DNA of 64,000 nucleotides from NCBI GenBank assembly GCA_045116295.1, contig JBGULQ010000012.1:25678-89677 (forward strand), given 5' to 3'. Numbering within the stretch: the first letter of the stretch is position 1; each line of letters begins with the position of its first letter. The stretch is from Alphaproteobacteria bacterium (GTDB taxonomy: Bacteria > Pseudomonadota > Alphaproteobacteria > RF32 > CAG-239). The position numbers and the translations under genes are program-made. Below the pieces are notes generated by a model. The model was given only the letters and a program-made list of their open reading frames with translations, was not told the DNA's origin and did not search any database. Below, in pieces: positions 34,592 through 45,896 of the stretch.

Positions 34592-35308
34592 TTAAACCCT
34601 TTTAGAGTCAAGATATTTTTTCCACAAGTCCGGTCTTCTATCCTGAGTGGTTTTTATTGCTTGTTCTCTGCGCCAGTCATCAATTTTTTTATGATGTCCT
34701 CCGAGCAGTACTTCAGGAACTTTGCGTCCTTCCCATTCGGTCGGTCTTGTATATTGCGGATACTCCAACAGGTTGTCTTCAAAACTTTCTGACAACGTTG
34801 ATTCCGAATTTCCCAACACTCCGGGCAACAAACGTACAACCGCATCAAGCAAAATCTGCGCTGCCTGCTCGCCTCCGGTCAAAACGTAGTCACCGATGCT
34901 CACTTCTTCTATATTATAAGCTTCAATAACTCTCTCGTCTATTCCCTCAAAGCGACCGCAAACAATTGCGATTTCTTCTTCTTGCGCCAGCTGTTTTACC
35001 ATATCTTGAGTAAGCGGTTTTCCTTTCGGGCTCATAGCCAAAATTCTCCCTTTGGAATAATTGGCTTTGATAGCCGCCCCCAAAATATCCGGTCGCATAA
35101 CCATTCCGGCTCCGCCACCACAAGGAGTGTCATCAACCGAACCGTGCTTATCTGTTGCATAGTCCCTGATATTTACTGTCTCAATTGTCCAAACTCCCTC
35201 ATCAAGAGCCTTTCCGGTCAACGAATACCCTAAAAAGCCCGGAAAAATCTCCGGAAAGATGGTAAAGATCTTAGCCTTCAGCACCTTCTTCTCCATCATC
35301 GGGTTCAA
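34592..35308 (-). CDS. trmD: tRNA (guanine-N1)-methyltransferase
   Basis: VDDTPCGGGAGM, CGRFEGIDER, SIGDYVLTGGE. Confidence 0.97.
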   Translation of the reverse strand: MNPMMEKKVLKAKIFTIFPEIFPGFLGYSLTGKALDEGVWTIETVNIRDYATDKHGSVDDTPCGGGAGMVMRPDILGAAIKANYSKGRILAMSPKGKPLTQDMVKQLAQEEEIAIVCGRFEGIDERVIEAYNIEEVSIGDYVLTGGEQAAQILLDAVVRLLPGVLGNSESTLSESFEDNLLEYPQYTRPTEWEGRKVPEVLLGGHHKKIDDWRREQAIKTTQDRRPDLWKKYLDSKRV

Positions 35309-35816
35309 ACTGCATTGAAACAGAATTTACAATAATATAACCATCTTTGATATTGACCGTCGGCACATATGCATGGTTAAACGGAATCATTTCGAGCTTT
35401 CCGCTCTGTTTAACTTTGATTTCCAGAATATCGCCCGCACCAAAGTTATAAATTCCGACAATCTTGCCTGCCACATTACCCGAAGCAGCTTCGCGAACGT
35501 CTAGACCGATTAAATCTGCCTGGTAAAACTCTTCGCTATTGGTAAGAGGTGGAAGCACGTCACGATCAGCAAACAATTGAGTACCGATAAACGTCTGTGC
35601 AAGATTTCTGTCATCAACTCCCTTAATTTTAACCCGCAGCAATTCTTTCGAATGGCCGACTACTTTTATTTCCAGAGATCGTCCGTTTTGGTCAGTCAGC
35701 ACACCGTATTTGTCGATATTTTTATCTTGTTCGGTAAAACTCTTTACTTTTACCTCACCTCTGATTCCGTGAACACCGACAATGGCACCCAGACAAATTT
35801 TAGAACGATCCTGCAT
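35271..35816 (-). CDS. rimM: Ribosome maturation factor RimM
   Basis: HGIRGEVKV, NFGAGDILEI; between rpsP and trmD. Confidence 0.96.
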   Translation of the reverse strand: MQDRSKICLGAIVGVHGIRGEVKVKSFTEQDKNIDKYGVLTDQNGRSLEIKVVGHSKELLRVKIKGVDDRNLAQTFIGTQLFADRDVLPPLTNSEEFYQADLIGLDVREAASGNVAGKIVGIYNFGAGDILEIKVKQSGKLEMIPFNHAYVPTVNIKDGYIIVNSVSMQFEPDDGEEGAEG

Positions 35817-35837
35817 CTGAAAAACCTTTCAGTTTAA

Positions 35838-36224
35838 TTATTCTGCACTACCTTCACTGGCTGCAGATGCGGCCTCGGCAGCAGCCTTAGCAGCTTCTTC
35901 TTTAGCTTTCATTCTCTCAACAGCTTTAGCTTTAGGAGCAGACTTTTTCGGCTGTTCACGCATAGCCGGAGCTTTGGTCAAACCGAGGTTAGAGAACAAC
36001 TTAGCCAATCTTTCTGTTGGCAAAGCACCGATACCCAACCAATATTTAACTCTCTCGGCATTAACAACCAATCTTTGCTCATGATCTTGAGGCAACAACG
36101 GATTGTATGTTCCAAGTTTTTCAATAAATCTACCATCGCGAGGAGCCCTTGAATCAGCTGCCACAATACGATAGAACGGGCGTTTTTTAGAACCACCGCG
36201 AGATAATCTGATACGAACTGCCAT
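35838..36224 (-). CDS. rpsP: 30S ribosomal protein S16
   Basis: [21 protein letters not shown]. Confidence 0.98.
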   Translation of the reverse strand: MAVRIRLSRGGSKKRPFYRIVAADSRAPRDGRFIEKLGTYNPLLPQDHEQRLVVNAERVKYWLGIGALPTERLAKLFSNLGLTKAPAMREQPKKSAPKAKAVERMKAKEEAAKAAAEAASAASEGSAE

Positions 36225-36275
36225 TTTATATTCCTTTCTAAATTAAATTAAAAAAACGACTTCCGCCCTAATGGC

Positions 36276-37652
36276 TTAAAACGGAAACCTGTTACCCATT
36301 CCGCCGGATAATTTATCCATTGGAAATTTTTTCATCATCGACATCATGCTGCCCAAGCCGCCTTTGCCGAATTTTTTCATCATATCGGCCATCTGCTCAT
36401 ATTGTTTTAAGAGCTTATTGACCTCATGAACTTCCACACCTGCACCGGCTGCGATTCTCTTTTTACGTGAGGCTTTTATCATATCCGGTGATTTTCTTTC
36501 CAGCTTTGTCATTGAAAGAATAATTGCCTCTTGCTTTTTGATAAGATTATCGCCGATACCGGCACTTTCTATTTGATTCTTAAACTTAGACAACCCCGGG
36601 ATCATCGACATTATTCCCCCCAAACTGCCCAGTTTTTGAATTTGCCTCAACTGGCTCAACAAATCATCAAGATCAAACTTGCCTTTCATCATTTGTTGTG
36701 CAACTTTATCGGCTTCTTCACGATCAATTTTTTCAATTGCATTTTCAACCAAACTGACTACGTCGCCCTGCCCGAGAATACGTCCGGCAATACGATCGGG
36801 ATGGAACTCTTCGAACTCATCAATTTTTTCGCCTGTTCCCAAAAACTTGACCGGAACTTGTGCCACCATACGCATCGACAACGCCGCACCCGCACGGGAA
36901 GAACCGTCAATTCTGGTCAGAACGATACCCGTAACTCCGAGTTTTTCATTAAACTCCTTCGCCACATTGCAAGCATCTTGCCCCATCATGGCATCAGCTA
37001 CCAGCAAAATTTCAGCCGGATTGGCAATTTTTTTAACCTCAACCAGTTCATTCATCAGCTCATCATCAATATGCAAACGCCCAGCTGAGTCCAAAATCAG
37101 CACATCATATCCGCCTTTTTTGGCAACATCTAATGCACGTTTGGTGATATCGCAAGGTTTCTGTCCTTCGACAATCGGCAAAGAACTTCCGCCGATTTGC
37201 TCTGCCAACTGAGCCAACTGTTCCTGCGCAGCCGGACGATAAACGTCTAACGACGCCAAAAGAACTTTGCGCTTTTTACCCAGCATCTTAGCTAGTTTTG
37301 CTGAAGTAGTGGTTTTTCCCGAACCTTGTAAACCGGCCATCAGAATAACTGCCGGCGGCACCACATTAAAGTTCAGCGCGCTTTCATCAGAGCCCAAAAC
37401 TTTGACCAACTCATCATGAACAATTTTAACCACCATTTGTCCCGGCTGAATTGAGCGAATAACTTTTTCACCCAATGCCTGTTCTTTAACTTTGGCAATA
37501 AAATCCTTGACCACCGGAAGCGCGACATCTGCTTCCAGCAAAGCAATGCGAATTTCACGCATAGCCTCATCGATGTCCTTTTCATTCAAGACACCTCTTG
37601 AGGTTATTTTGGCAAACACGCTACCCAGTTTATCTGTCAAATTTTCGAACAT
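36276..37652 (-). CDS. ffh: Signal recognition particle protein
   Basis: GLQGSGKTT, DVYRPAA, DSAGR, Met-rich M domain. Confidence 0.98.
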   Translation of the reverse strand: MFENLTDKLGSVFAKITSRGVLNEKDIDEAMREIRIALLEADVALPVVKDFIAKVKEQALGEKVIRSIQPGQMVVKIVHDELVKVLGSDESALNFNVVPPAVILMAGLQGSGKTTTSAKLAKMLGKKRKVLLASLDVYRPAAQEQLAQLAEQIGGSSLPIVEGQKPCDITKRALDVAKKGGYDVLILDSAGRLHIDDELMNELVEVKKIANPAEILLVADAMMGQDACNVAKEFNEKLGVTGIVLTRIDGSSRAGAALSMRMVAQVPVKFLGTGEKIDEFEEFHPDRIAGRILGQGDVVSLVENAIEKIDREEADKVAQQMMKGKFDLDDLLSQLRQIQKLGSLGGIMSMIPGLSKFKNQIESAGIGDNLIKKQEAIILSMTKLERKSPDMIKASRKKRIAAGAGVEVHEVNKLLKQYEQMADMMKKFGKGGLGSMMSMMKKFPMDKLSGGMGNRFPF

Positions 37653-37670
37653 ACAAACCTATACAAATTA

Positions 37671-37712
37671 TTGCACGCCAGTGTGCGAACCCTCGCTGAC
37701 TGGCGGCACTCC
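37671..37712 (-). promoter_or_regulatory. Alphaproteobacterial ffh leader RNA motif
   Basis: Minus strand GCCGCCAGTCAGCGAGGGTTCGCACACTGGCGTGCAA directly upstream of ffh; resembles the Rfam ffh motif as I recall it. Confidence 0.65.
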
Positions 37713-37838
37713 GTAGAGTGGTTAAAAACAAAAACTCACAATGAAAAATCATTGAAACTGCGCTCAACATAACAGATTAATCACCAGAGTCAAGTAAAAA
37801 AACAAATAAAAAAGCCGCCCTAATGGACGGCTTTAACA

Positions 37839-40571
37839 TTAAACGGCAATTTTTCCGTGACAATGCTTATACTTCTGACCACTTCCGCATGGGCACGGAT
37901 CGTTGCGCGAAACCTTGCCCCAAGTAGTCGGATCATTCGGGTCAATTTCAGTCTTAACATACTTAAACGGCACTGCTTTTTCCGGCTGTGATTCCGGACG
38001 ATTGCCACCCAACAGATTCTGCGGTGTTTCATGTACTTCCTGCATTCTGGTCGGAGCACTGCGCAACTGCAAATCATCAGCATTTTGCGGCTGAATTTGG
38101 ACACGATATGTAATGAAAGTTACACGCTCTCTTAACATATCCAACATATCCGAGAACATATTGAAAGCTTCTTTCTTATACTCGTTCAACGGATCTTTTT
38201 GCCCGTATGCACGCAAAACAATTGTGTAGCGCATATAATCCAAACTTGCGATATGCTCTTTCCATAATTGGTCCAACACCTGTAACAAAATGTTTTTCTC
38301 AACCATGCGTACAACATCTTCCGGCAAACCGGCATTCTTTTCTTGAAGCATTTTTTCGGTTGCATCAACGATTCGTTGCTCTATAACATCACTATCAATC
38401 TCAGCTTCTTTGCTCCATTCATCAATCGGCAACATAAAACCGGTAATACGTGCAACTTCTTGTTGCAACTCTGCAACACGCCATTCGGTAGCAGCAGTCC
38501 CCGGTATAACATATGTCGATATAACGTCACCCAAATATTCAGCACGCATATCACGAACCGTATCGCTTACATCATCTGCCAACATCAGCTCGCGACGTTG
38601 TTCATAAATAACCTTACGTTGGTCGTTCATCACATTATCATACTTAAGCAAGTTTTTACGAATATCGAAGTTCCGCTCTTCTACTTTTTGTTGAGCTTTT
38701 TCAAGAGCTTTACTTATCCATGGGTGAACCAAAGGCTCTCCCTTCGGCATTCCCATTTTTGTAAGCATGGCCGACATTCTTTCCGAGCCGAAAATGCGCA
38801 TCAAATCATCTTCCATCGACAAGAAGAATTTTGAAGTTCCAGGATCACCCTGACGTCCCGAACGACCGCGCAATTGGTTATCAATACGGCGGCTTTCGTG
38901 GCGCTCTGTTCCCAAAATAAACAAACCGCCTGCTGCAATAACTTTTGCCTTATCTTCTTCAATTTCTTTTTTGAGTTTTGCTTTCAGCTCATCAATCTGT
39001 TCTTTGGTTTCATCACCCTTAAGCATATTTTTCAGGCGCATATCCAAGTTACCGCCGAGCTGAATATCCGTACCGCGACCGGCCATATTGGTTGCAATTG
39101 TAATTGCTCCCGAAACGCCGGCCTGAGCGACGATTGCCGCTTCACGCTCATGGTGACGTGCATTCAAAACCTCAAACTTAACCTTGCTTTGTTTGCTCAA
39201 CAAGTCAGCAACCAACTCTGATTTTTCGATTGAAGTTGTACCGACCAAAACCGGTTGTCCTTTTTCATGGCACTCTAAAATTGTTTTAATGATTGCATCA
39301 TATTTTTCAGCCGCAGTCATATAAATTTCATCATGCAAGTCTTCACGCTTAACCGGACGATTCGTCGGAATTTCAATGCATGACAATCCATAAATATCAA
39401 CAAACTCCGCTTCTTCGGTCATAGCCGTACCGGTCATACCCGACAACTTCGGATACAAACGGAAATAATTTTGGAATGTAATTGAGGCCAAAGTCTGGTT
39501 TTCTGACTGAATTTTAACGCCCTCTTTTGCCTCAATAGCTTGGTGTAAACCGTCAGAATAACGGCGTCCTTCCATCATACGACCGGTAAATTCGTCAATA
39601 ATCACAACTTTGCCGTCTTTTACAATATAGTCGACATCACGTGTCTGCATTTTGTGTGCACGCAGTGCATTGTTAACATGTTGAACCAATGACACGTTCC
39701 CAACGTCATATAACCCGCCTTCTTTAATCAAGCCGTTTTCCTTGAGCAATTTTTCCACATGCTCCATGCCACTCTCGGTCAAAACCACGCTTTTGGCTTT
39801 TTCATCTTTTTCATAATCACTCTCGACCAAACTCGGAATAATACTGTTAACAGCCACATATTTTTCTGACGAATCCTCAGCCGCACCCGAAATAATCAAA
39901 GGAGTTCTGGCTTCATCAATCAAAATCGAATCCACCTCATCGACGATTGCAAAATTAAACGGTCTTTGTACCATTTCATTAAGACTGAATTTCATATTGT
40001 CGCGCAAATAATCGAATCCGAGTTCATTATTAGTGCCGTATATAATATCGCAAGCATAGGCAGCACGACGTTCATCATCATTTTTTTCATGTACTATATA
40101 ATCGACCGTCAACCCCAAAAAGCGATAAACTTGCCCCATCCACTCAGCATCACGTTTTGCCAAATAGTCATTGACCGTAACAATATGAACACCGGTCCCC
40201 GGCAAAGCTTCCAAATAGGCAGCCAACGTTGCCACCAAGGTTTTACCCTCACCGGTTTTCATCTCTGCAATCATGCCTTTATGCAACACAAGACCGCCAA
40301 TCAATTGTACATCATAGTGCCTTTGTCCCAAAGTTCTTTTAGCAGCTTCGCGCACAACAGCAAAAGCCTCTGGCAGCAAATCGTCAAGTGTTTCGCCCAA
40401 CTTAAGCCTGTCGCGAAATTCTACGGTTTTGTTGCGCAATTCCTCATCGCTCAAAGCTTCCATAGATGGTTCCAATGAATTAATTTTATTTACTATCTTA
40501 TATTGTTTTTTTATAAAACGGTCATTGGCACTGCCAAAAAACGCCTTTGCAATCTTACCAATCATAGACAA
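37839..40571 (-). CDS. secA: Preprotein translocase subunit SecA
   Basis: [24 protein letters not shown]-terminal [10 protein letters not shown]. Confidence 0.99.
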   Translation of the reverse strand: MSMIGKIAKAFFGSANDRFIKKQYKIVNKINSLEPSMEALSDEELRNKTVEFRDRLKLGETLDDLLPEAFAVVREAAKRTLGQRHYDVQLIGGLVLHKGMIAEMKTGEGKTLVATLAAYLEALPGTGVHIVTVNDYLAKRDAEWMGQVYRFLGLTVDYIVHEKNDDERRAAYACDIIYGTNNELGFDYLRDNMKFSLNEMVQRPFNFAIVDEVDSILIDEARTPLIISGAAEDSSEKYVAVNSIIPSLVESDYEKDEKAKSVVLTESGMEHVEKLLKENGLIKEGGLYDVGNVSLVQHVNNALRAHKMQTRDVDYIVKDGKVVIIDEFTGRMMEGRRYSDGLHQAIEAKEGVKIQSENQTLASITFQNYFRLYPKLSGMTGTAMTEEAEFVDIYGLSCIEIPTNRPVKREDLHDEIYMTAAEKYDAIIKTILECHEKGQPVLVGTTSIEKSELVADLLSKQSKVKFEVLNARHHEREAAIVAQAGVSGAITIATNMAGRGTDIQLGGNLDMRLKNMLKGDETKEQIDELKAKLKKEIEEDKAKVIAAGGLFILGTERHESRRIDNQLRGRSGRQGDPGTSKFFLSMEDDLMRIFGSERMSAMLTKMGMPKGEPLVHPWISKALEKAQQKVEERNFDIRKNLLKYDNVMNDQRKVIYEQRRELMLADDVSDTVRDMRAEYLGDVISTYVIPGTAATEWRVAELQQEVARITGFMLPIDEWSKEAEIDSDVIEQRIVDATEKMLQEKNAGLPEDVVRMVEKNILLQVLDQLWKEHIASLDYMRYTIVLRAYGQKDPLNEYKKEAFNMFSDMLDMLRERVTFITYRVQIQPQNADDLQLRSAPTRMQEVHETPQNLLGGNRPESQPEKAVPFKYVKTEIDPNDPTTWGKVSRNDPCPCGSGQKYKHCHGKIAV

Positions 40572-40734
40572 ATTCCACCTTTGTAATATTTAAAGTCAAC
40601 CTTACATTTAATGTTTATAATATATAAAGTCAATAGTTTGCCCCAAGTTATAAACCTTAGGCAAATATTTTTCTTGGATTTTTTTAATTTTGGACTATAA
40701 ACTATCTTAGTTTTACTTTTTTGGAGGAATATTA

Positions 40735-41544
40735 ATGAAAACCAAATATGTTGCAGCTATTGCTCTGTCTTTAGCCCTTTTCAACCCGCTCAACGCACGT
40801 GCAGAAGGCAACAACGGCGTTGCCGGTGTCGTCAACGGCGAAAAAATTACCGTTGCTGAAATTAGAAAAATTTACGACAATACACCCAGAATTCATAATC
40901 AGGAAAAATGGGACGATTTTTATCAAAAAGCCTTGTTAGCTTGGGTTGGAAGCAAACTGGTACAACAATCAGCCGACAAATCTGGCGTCAGAAACACCGA
41001 AGAATACAAAACACAATTACAAGCCGCCGGGAACGATATCGCCGGAAAAATTTATTTGAAACAGGAACTTGATAAAGCCATTTCTGATAATGATCTTAAA
41101 AACTTGTATAACCAATACAAAACAAATTTCGTATCTGAAAAAGAAATGAAAGCTCGCCATATTTTGGTAGAAAATGAAACTATCGCCAACGACGTAATCG
41201 AACGCATCAAAAAAGGCGAAAAATTTGATGACTTGGCTCGCAAATACTCAAAAGAAAGGAAGATTGACCTCGGATATTTCACCAAAGACATGATGGTTCC
41301 TGACTTTGGAAATGCCGCATTTGCACTCAAAAAAGGCCAATTCTCTCAAAAACCGATTAAAACTCAGTTCGGTTACCATATCATTATGGTTGATGACGTT
41401 CGCGACAGCAAACCGCTATCTTATAAAGATGCCGAACCACAGCTTAAAGGTGCTTTGGCCGGAAACGCTCTCAAGAATGTTATGGCCAACCTTTCAAAAG
41501 ACGCTAAGATTGAAAAATATACTCTTGATGGCAAGAGCTTCTAA
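40735..41544 (+). CDS. Parvulin-type peptidylprolyl isomerase (PrsA/PpiC-like)
   Basis: Signal peptide, ARHILV, DLGYF, TQFGYHII; divergent from secA. Confidence 0.9.
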   Translation: MKTKYVAAIALSLALFNPLNARAEGNNGVAGVVNGEKITVAEIRKIYDNTPRIHNQEKWDDFYQKALLAWVGSKLVQQSADKSGVRNTEEYKTQLQAAGNDIAGKIYLKQELDKAISDNDLKNLYNQYKTNFVSEKEMKARHILVENETIANDVIERIKKGEKFDDLARKYSKERKIDLGYFTKDMMVPDFGNAAFALKKGQFSQKPIKTQFGYHIIMVDDVRDSKPLSYKDAEPQLKGALAGNALKNVMANLSKDAKIEKYTLDGKSF

Positions 41545-41559
41545 TTTTCAACAAATTGC

Positions 41560-41593
41560 AAAAAATCCTCTTTCTGTTGAAAGAGGATTTTTT
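41560..41593. terminator. Bidirectional terminator
   Basis: AAAAATCCTCTTTC-tgtt-GAAAGAGGATTTTT between convergent genes. Confidence 0.8.
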
Positions 41594-41952
41594 TACTTTA
41601 TTTCAGATATTTTTTTTGCAACATATTCTCGACGCGCCGGAACAACTTTTTCAGCATTTATGTATTCTGTCAGCAAATCAACAATTTCCCTCTTGTAGCG
41701 TGGAGAATTATTTGCAATTTTTACCAAATTATAAACAGCCACGCTAAAAACCTGCTCATACGGACTGTTCATCTGTTGCGCCACACCGATATAGGTCGGA
41801 GTGCAATCCCCGTTCTTTTTAGCAGTGCGCGCCTCAAAAATCATTCTTTGTAGCCGTTTGGCCGAGGTTTCATTCATCGTAATTTTACGATGCCTGAAAA
41901 CTCGTTTTGTTTTTGCAACAATTGATGATAATTTCTGCACTATTTTTGCCAT
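41593..41952 (-). CDS. Hypothetical basic protein
   Basis: 119-aa ORF with GGAGG RBS. Confidence 0.6.
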   Translation of the reverse strand: MAKIVQKLSSIVAKTKRVFRHRKITMNETSAKRLQRMIFEARTAKKNGDCTPTYIGVAQQMNSPYEQVFSVAVYNLVKIANNSPRYKREIVDLLTEYINAEKVVPARREYVAKKISEIK

Positions 41953-42060
41953 AATCAGCCTCCGATATAAAAAGTAAGCAAAAAAAATAAAAAATTAATT
42001 AAAAATTATCAAATTTTATTTAGTTTCACAGTTGTATATGCATATATTTTAGGAGCTTTC

Positions 42061-42420
42061 ATGAAAAAAATTGCCTACGCCTTTACTGCCTTAGTCTTTA
42101 TGCTTTGCGCATGTCATAAAGAACAAAATATGGAAATCGACAATGATATTATCATTTTCACACAACAAGGTTGTCCTCATTGTGAAAAAGCAGTTGACTT
42201 CATTAACAACAGCCTTTTACAAAAGAATCCGTCATTGCGCATAAAACAAATTGACGTCAGCCACAACGACCAAAATTTTGAGATTCTGCAATCTTATCTC
42301 AAAAAATATAATTTTCATGAAACCCGCATTGGTACACCTGTAATTATTTTCAACAATCAACTTGTTATGGGCTGGGATCTTACCAATAAATTTAAGCTTA
42401 AAAAAGCTTTTGATTTATAA
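42061..42420 (+). CDS. Glutaredoxin-like lipoprotein
   Basis: Lipobox LCAC, CPHC active site, GTPVII. Confidence 0.85.
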   Translation: MKKIAYAFTALVFMLCACHKEQNMEIDNDIIIFTQQGCPHCEKAVDFINNSLLQKNPSLRIKQIDVSHNDQNFEILQSYLKKYNFHETRIGTPVIIFNNQLVMGWDLTNKFKLKKAFDL

Positions 42421-44536
42421 CCAACTTTAAGGAATTTTGCCATGAAAAAACTATATTTATTTTCCTTGATTGCATTTTCGCTCGTTTCAATCAACGCTTT
42501 TGCTCAAGATGAGGATTTGCACGATGCCGCCGTTCTATCCGAACATTTCAAAAGTCCTCAACAATTCACCACATGGTACAAAGGACTCAACCAAGAAAAT
42601 AAAGATCTCGTTTTAGCAGGTACAATATACACCTGTAAGCCTGACTTGACCAAAACCGCCTTGGCAGAGGGGGGCAATATCAACACAAAAATATCGGTCA
42701 TAAATATTACCTCCGGCCACGATGATCATTCCTCAGCATACATTTACGCATACAGTTCTGGTGATATTGATGATTTCATGATGGAAGTAATAGCCGCCGG
42801 TATGGAAAAATCGGCGCAAGCCGTAAAAGAAGAAAGTTGCGGACACACATTTTCTCACATGTCAAGCGAAACTCCCGGATTGATGTCATTAATCTCTGCT
42901 AGCATAAAATTTTGCCCAACTACAGATACAAAAGCGAAAATGTTGCAACTTTTAAAATCAAATGGCTCAGATATAAACGAAACCAACTATTTACATGTTT
43001 CTCCCTTATCAGAAGCGATTGAGCAAAAAAATATCAAAATGATAGAACTTTTATTGCAAAATGGCGCGGATTTCAGCAAGACCTTTGCCCTTTCACGCAT
43101 GATAGATAAATACGATACATTTCACCCCAATGCCGAAACTGAAGCAATATGGGATTATGTTATAGCGTATCTGCAAAATCACAAACTCACACCTGAAGCC
43201 GAAACCGACGCCTATATAAAAGGTCGCTTAAGAATTAAGTATCTACATACACCTGAAGCCGATATTGACCTTTATACTGACGATTTTGATGCCGCTTGGA
43301 TAAAAGATCGCCTAGAAGAAGACAATCGACTTAACACCAAATTAGAACAACTAAATTTACACCCGGACTATAGTACAATAGCCGCAAAAGAAGGAATATT
43401 GGCCGCTGCTGAACAACATAAATATACTTTACTGCAAGAACTGGTAGATAATGGAGTTGACGTAAATTATCAAAACGAAGATGGACGCACTGCACTATTT
43501 CATGTAACAAACATTTATATTCATAATCTAAACGATGAAGATATTGAAGCAATAAAATATTTATTAAATCATGGTGCAGACATAAATCATCAAGACAAAT
43601 ATGGACGCACCGCATTATTTCATGTAACAAACACTCCTAAACCGAGCAATAAAGACATTGAAGCAATAAAATATTTATTAAATCACGGTGCAGACACAAG
43701 TATTAAAGATAAAGATGGTAAAACTGCCTTTGATGATTGTGCTTATAAAATTTGTAAACTTAGTCCATATGGTATGCGAAAATTCTCACCTGACGACAAA
43801 ACTACTATACCAACGTTAAGCCAAGCTATTGATGAAAATGATTGTGCTACCATCGTTGAGCTTATTAACAAAGGAATAGATCCTTACATAAATATCTACG
43901 GAGAAGCCTTATTTTTCCGTATGTATCACACAGATAATAGAAAATGTCTAAAAAATATTTTAGACCTTGGTATTGACCTAAATAAAGTTGTTATAATTAG
44001 AGATGATAACGGGGATATTGAGGACATTGATACCGCTCTAACTTACGCCGAACAATATTTTTGGTCACAAGATATAATTCCGCTATTAAAACAATACGGA
44101 GCCACTGAAACTGATGACGTACAACGAATACGAACATATAAGAAAATAATAAATGGCAGTCATGTAATATTCGGATACAACGCGCAAAAAGAGGCAAGTA
44201 TACGGCAAAAACTAAAAGAAAAAGATCTTAAAGATTGGGAAATTGAGGTATATCAACAACTACTCAAAAAACAAGAATACATGAAAATACATGAAAATGA
44301 TCCAGATCCAGTAGATTCTTTTCATAGATAACATTACCAACAAATTTAAACTCAAAAAAGCTTTTGATCTATAACTAAATTTAGGAGGCTCTACATGAAA
44401 AAACTATATTTATTTTTCTTGATCGCATTTTCAATCGTTTCAACCAACGTTTTTGCTCAAGATGAGGATTTGCACGATGCCGCCGTTCTATCCGAACATT
44501 TCAAAAATCCTCAACAATTCACCACATGGTACAAAG
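42380..44536 (+). repeat. Dispersed direct repeat (42380-42583 vs 44334-44536)
   Basis: Glutaredoxin 3' tail plus the start of the next gene is duplicated; the ~86-bp core has one mismatch. Confidence 0.85.
42442..44331 (+). CDS. Secreted ankyrin-repeat protein
   Basis: Signal peptide; repeats GRTALF..IKYLLNHGADIN, LLLQNGAD. Confidence 0.9.
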   Translation: MKKLYLFSLIAFSLVSINAFAQDEDLHDAAVLSEHFKSPQQFTTWYKGLNQENKDLVLAGTIYTCKPDLTKTALAEGGNINTKISVINITSGHDDHSSAYIYAYSSGDIDDFMMEVIAAGMEKSAQAVKEESCGHTFSHMSSETPGLMSLISASIKFCPTTDTKAKMLQLLKSNGSDINETNYLHVSPLSEAIEQKNIKMIELLLQNGADFSKTFALSRMIDKYDTFHPNAETEAIWDYVIAYLQNHKLTPEAETDAYIKGRLRIKYLHTPEADIDLYTDDFDAAWIKDRLEEDNRLNTKLEQLNLHPDYSTIAAKEGILAAAEQHKYTLLQELVDNGVDVNYQNEDGRTALFHVTNIYIHNLNDEDIEAIKYLLNHGADINHQDKYGRTALFHVTNTPKPSNKDIEAIKYLLNHGADTSIKDKDGKTAFDDCAYKICKLSPYGMRKFSPDDKTTIPTLSQAIDENDCATIVELINKGIDPYINIYGEALFFRMYHTDNRKCLKNILDLGIDLNKVVIIRDDNGDIEDIDTALTYAEQYFWSQDIIPLLKQYGATETDDVQRIRTYKKIINGSHVIFGYNAQKEASIRQKLKEKDLKDWEIEVYQQLLKKQEYMKIHENDPDPVDSFHR

Positions 44537-44922
44537 AACTGCCGACAAAAGATAAAAATCTCGTTCTTGCCGGCACAGTACATGCTTGCCGTTCCGAGCT
44601 TACACAAATTGCTCTTAATAACGGCGGAGATGTTAACACCAAACTTCTCGTTCTTACAGTAACTTCCGGTCACGACGAAGATGGCACAGATTACCTCTAT
44701 ACATATAATCGAAGCGACGGCGACCAAAACCTTGTTTCTGTACGAGCTATACAAGACGGCGTAAAAAGAAGCCAAAACGCCACCAAAAAAGAAGATTGCG
44801 GACACGATTTTTCGACCATGGGTGCAACCACACAAGGTTTTATCACCCTGAATGATGTTGCCACTCAATTCTGCAAACAACAAACTGATGCCGCAAAAAT
44901 GAATGAGATACTCAAACACTAA
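44395..44922 (+). CDS. Secreted protein, paralog of the N-terminal domain of the ankyrin protein
   Basis: AQDEDLHDAAVLSEHFK shared; conserved Cys and TSGHD. Confidence 0.8.
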   Translation: MKKLYLFFLIAFSIVSTNVFAQDEDLHDAAVLSEHFKNPQQFTTWYKELPTKDKNLVLAGTVHACRSELTQIALNNGGDVNTKLLVLTVTSGHDEDGTDYLYTYNRSDGDQNLVSVRAIQDGVKRSQNATKKEDCGHDFSTMGATTQGFITLNDVATQFCKQQTDAAKMNEILKH

Positions 44923-44944
44923 CACACCTAAGGATCTGTTAACC

Positions 44945-45415
44945 ATGCACTTGTTCGAAAACTATCGTAAAACTCCAGCTTATAAACTCTGCTGGAAAAT
45001 CACAGTATTATACATTCTTGTAACAGTGTGTTTAAGCGTCTTTCTCCAAACTGCAATTGTTTTTTTCTTCCTTATATCATGTGGTTCATTTTTCATCACT
45101 TTCACTTCCTTATCAATATTCAGTATATTTCAAAGCAAACAGTGCAAAAAAACGGAAATAAACAATAGCATCGCATCCGACATAATTATATATATTACCA
45201 TATTTACCATCACTTGGTTTTGTTATAGCTTAGCAGTTGGAAGTATAATGTGCACTATTATTTTTGCCATCATATCAATAATTGGCTTATTTTGCAAAAA
45301 ACAAAACAAAAAAACAGACTATAAAACCAGCATTATCGCTGATATTGGATACATTATAGGCTTATTGATCTGTTGTAATTGCATAGTATTTCTGCAACAA
45401 ATTTTTACAAATTAA
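44945..45415 (+). CDS. Hypothetical membrane protein with internal duplication
   Basis: Several TM segments; two similar CKK...SI(A/I)(S/A)DI units. Confidence 0.55.
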   Translation: MHLFENYRKTPAYKLCWKITVLYILVTVCLSVFLQTAIVFFFLISCGSFFITFTSLSIFSIFQSKQCKKTEINNSIASDIIIYITIFTITWFCYSLAVGSIMCTIIFAIISIIGLFCKKQNKKTDYKTSIIADIGYIIGLLICCNCIVFLQQIFTN

Positions 45416-45421
45416 TACATC

Positions 45422-45896
45422 AAACGGCAATTTGGCACTCTGCACAATAAAAAATCCGCCTTTCAGGCGGACTTTTTAATGGCGGGAGTGACGGTCGCTA
45501 AGTAAAAACAAGCCACTAAAGCTTGTTTTTGTCTGCAAGACCAACGGAACATCTTGTTGAGCAAGGCTCTGACAAGAGCCACAGCGAAATTAGATGCCGT
45601 TGTATAGCCTCGTTACAAATTGCCGCAAAAAACGGCAATTTGGCACTCCGAGCAACAAAAAATCCGCCTCTTCGGCGGATTTTTAATGGCGGGAGTGACG
45701 GTCGCTAAGTAAAAAACAAGCTACTAAAGCTTGTTTTTGTCTGCAAGACCAACGGAACATCTTGTTGAGCAAGGCTCTGAGAAGAGCCACCGCGAAACTA
45801 GATGCCATTGTATAGCCTCGTTACAAATTGCCGCTAAAAACGGCAATTTGGCACTCCGAACAATTAAAAAATCCGCCTTTCAGGCGGACTTTTTAA
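45422..45896 (-). repeat. tRNA-linked tandem repeats (two full units of 207 and 210 bp plus a partial unit)
   Basis: TGGCGGGAGTGACG at 45480, 45687 and 45897; near-identical units, each with a terminator. Confidence 0.92.

Noticed and set aside
42442-44922. Diversity-generating retroelement TR/VR pair
   Set aside because: Differences are not adenine-specific, the repeat is at the 5' ends of the genes, and there is no reverse transcriptase
45422-45896. CRISPR array or prophage attL/attR
   Set aside because: The whole ~208-bp unit repeats with no unique spacers; no cas or integrase gene in the window
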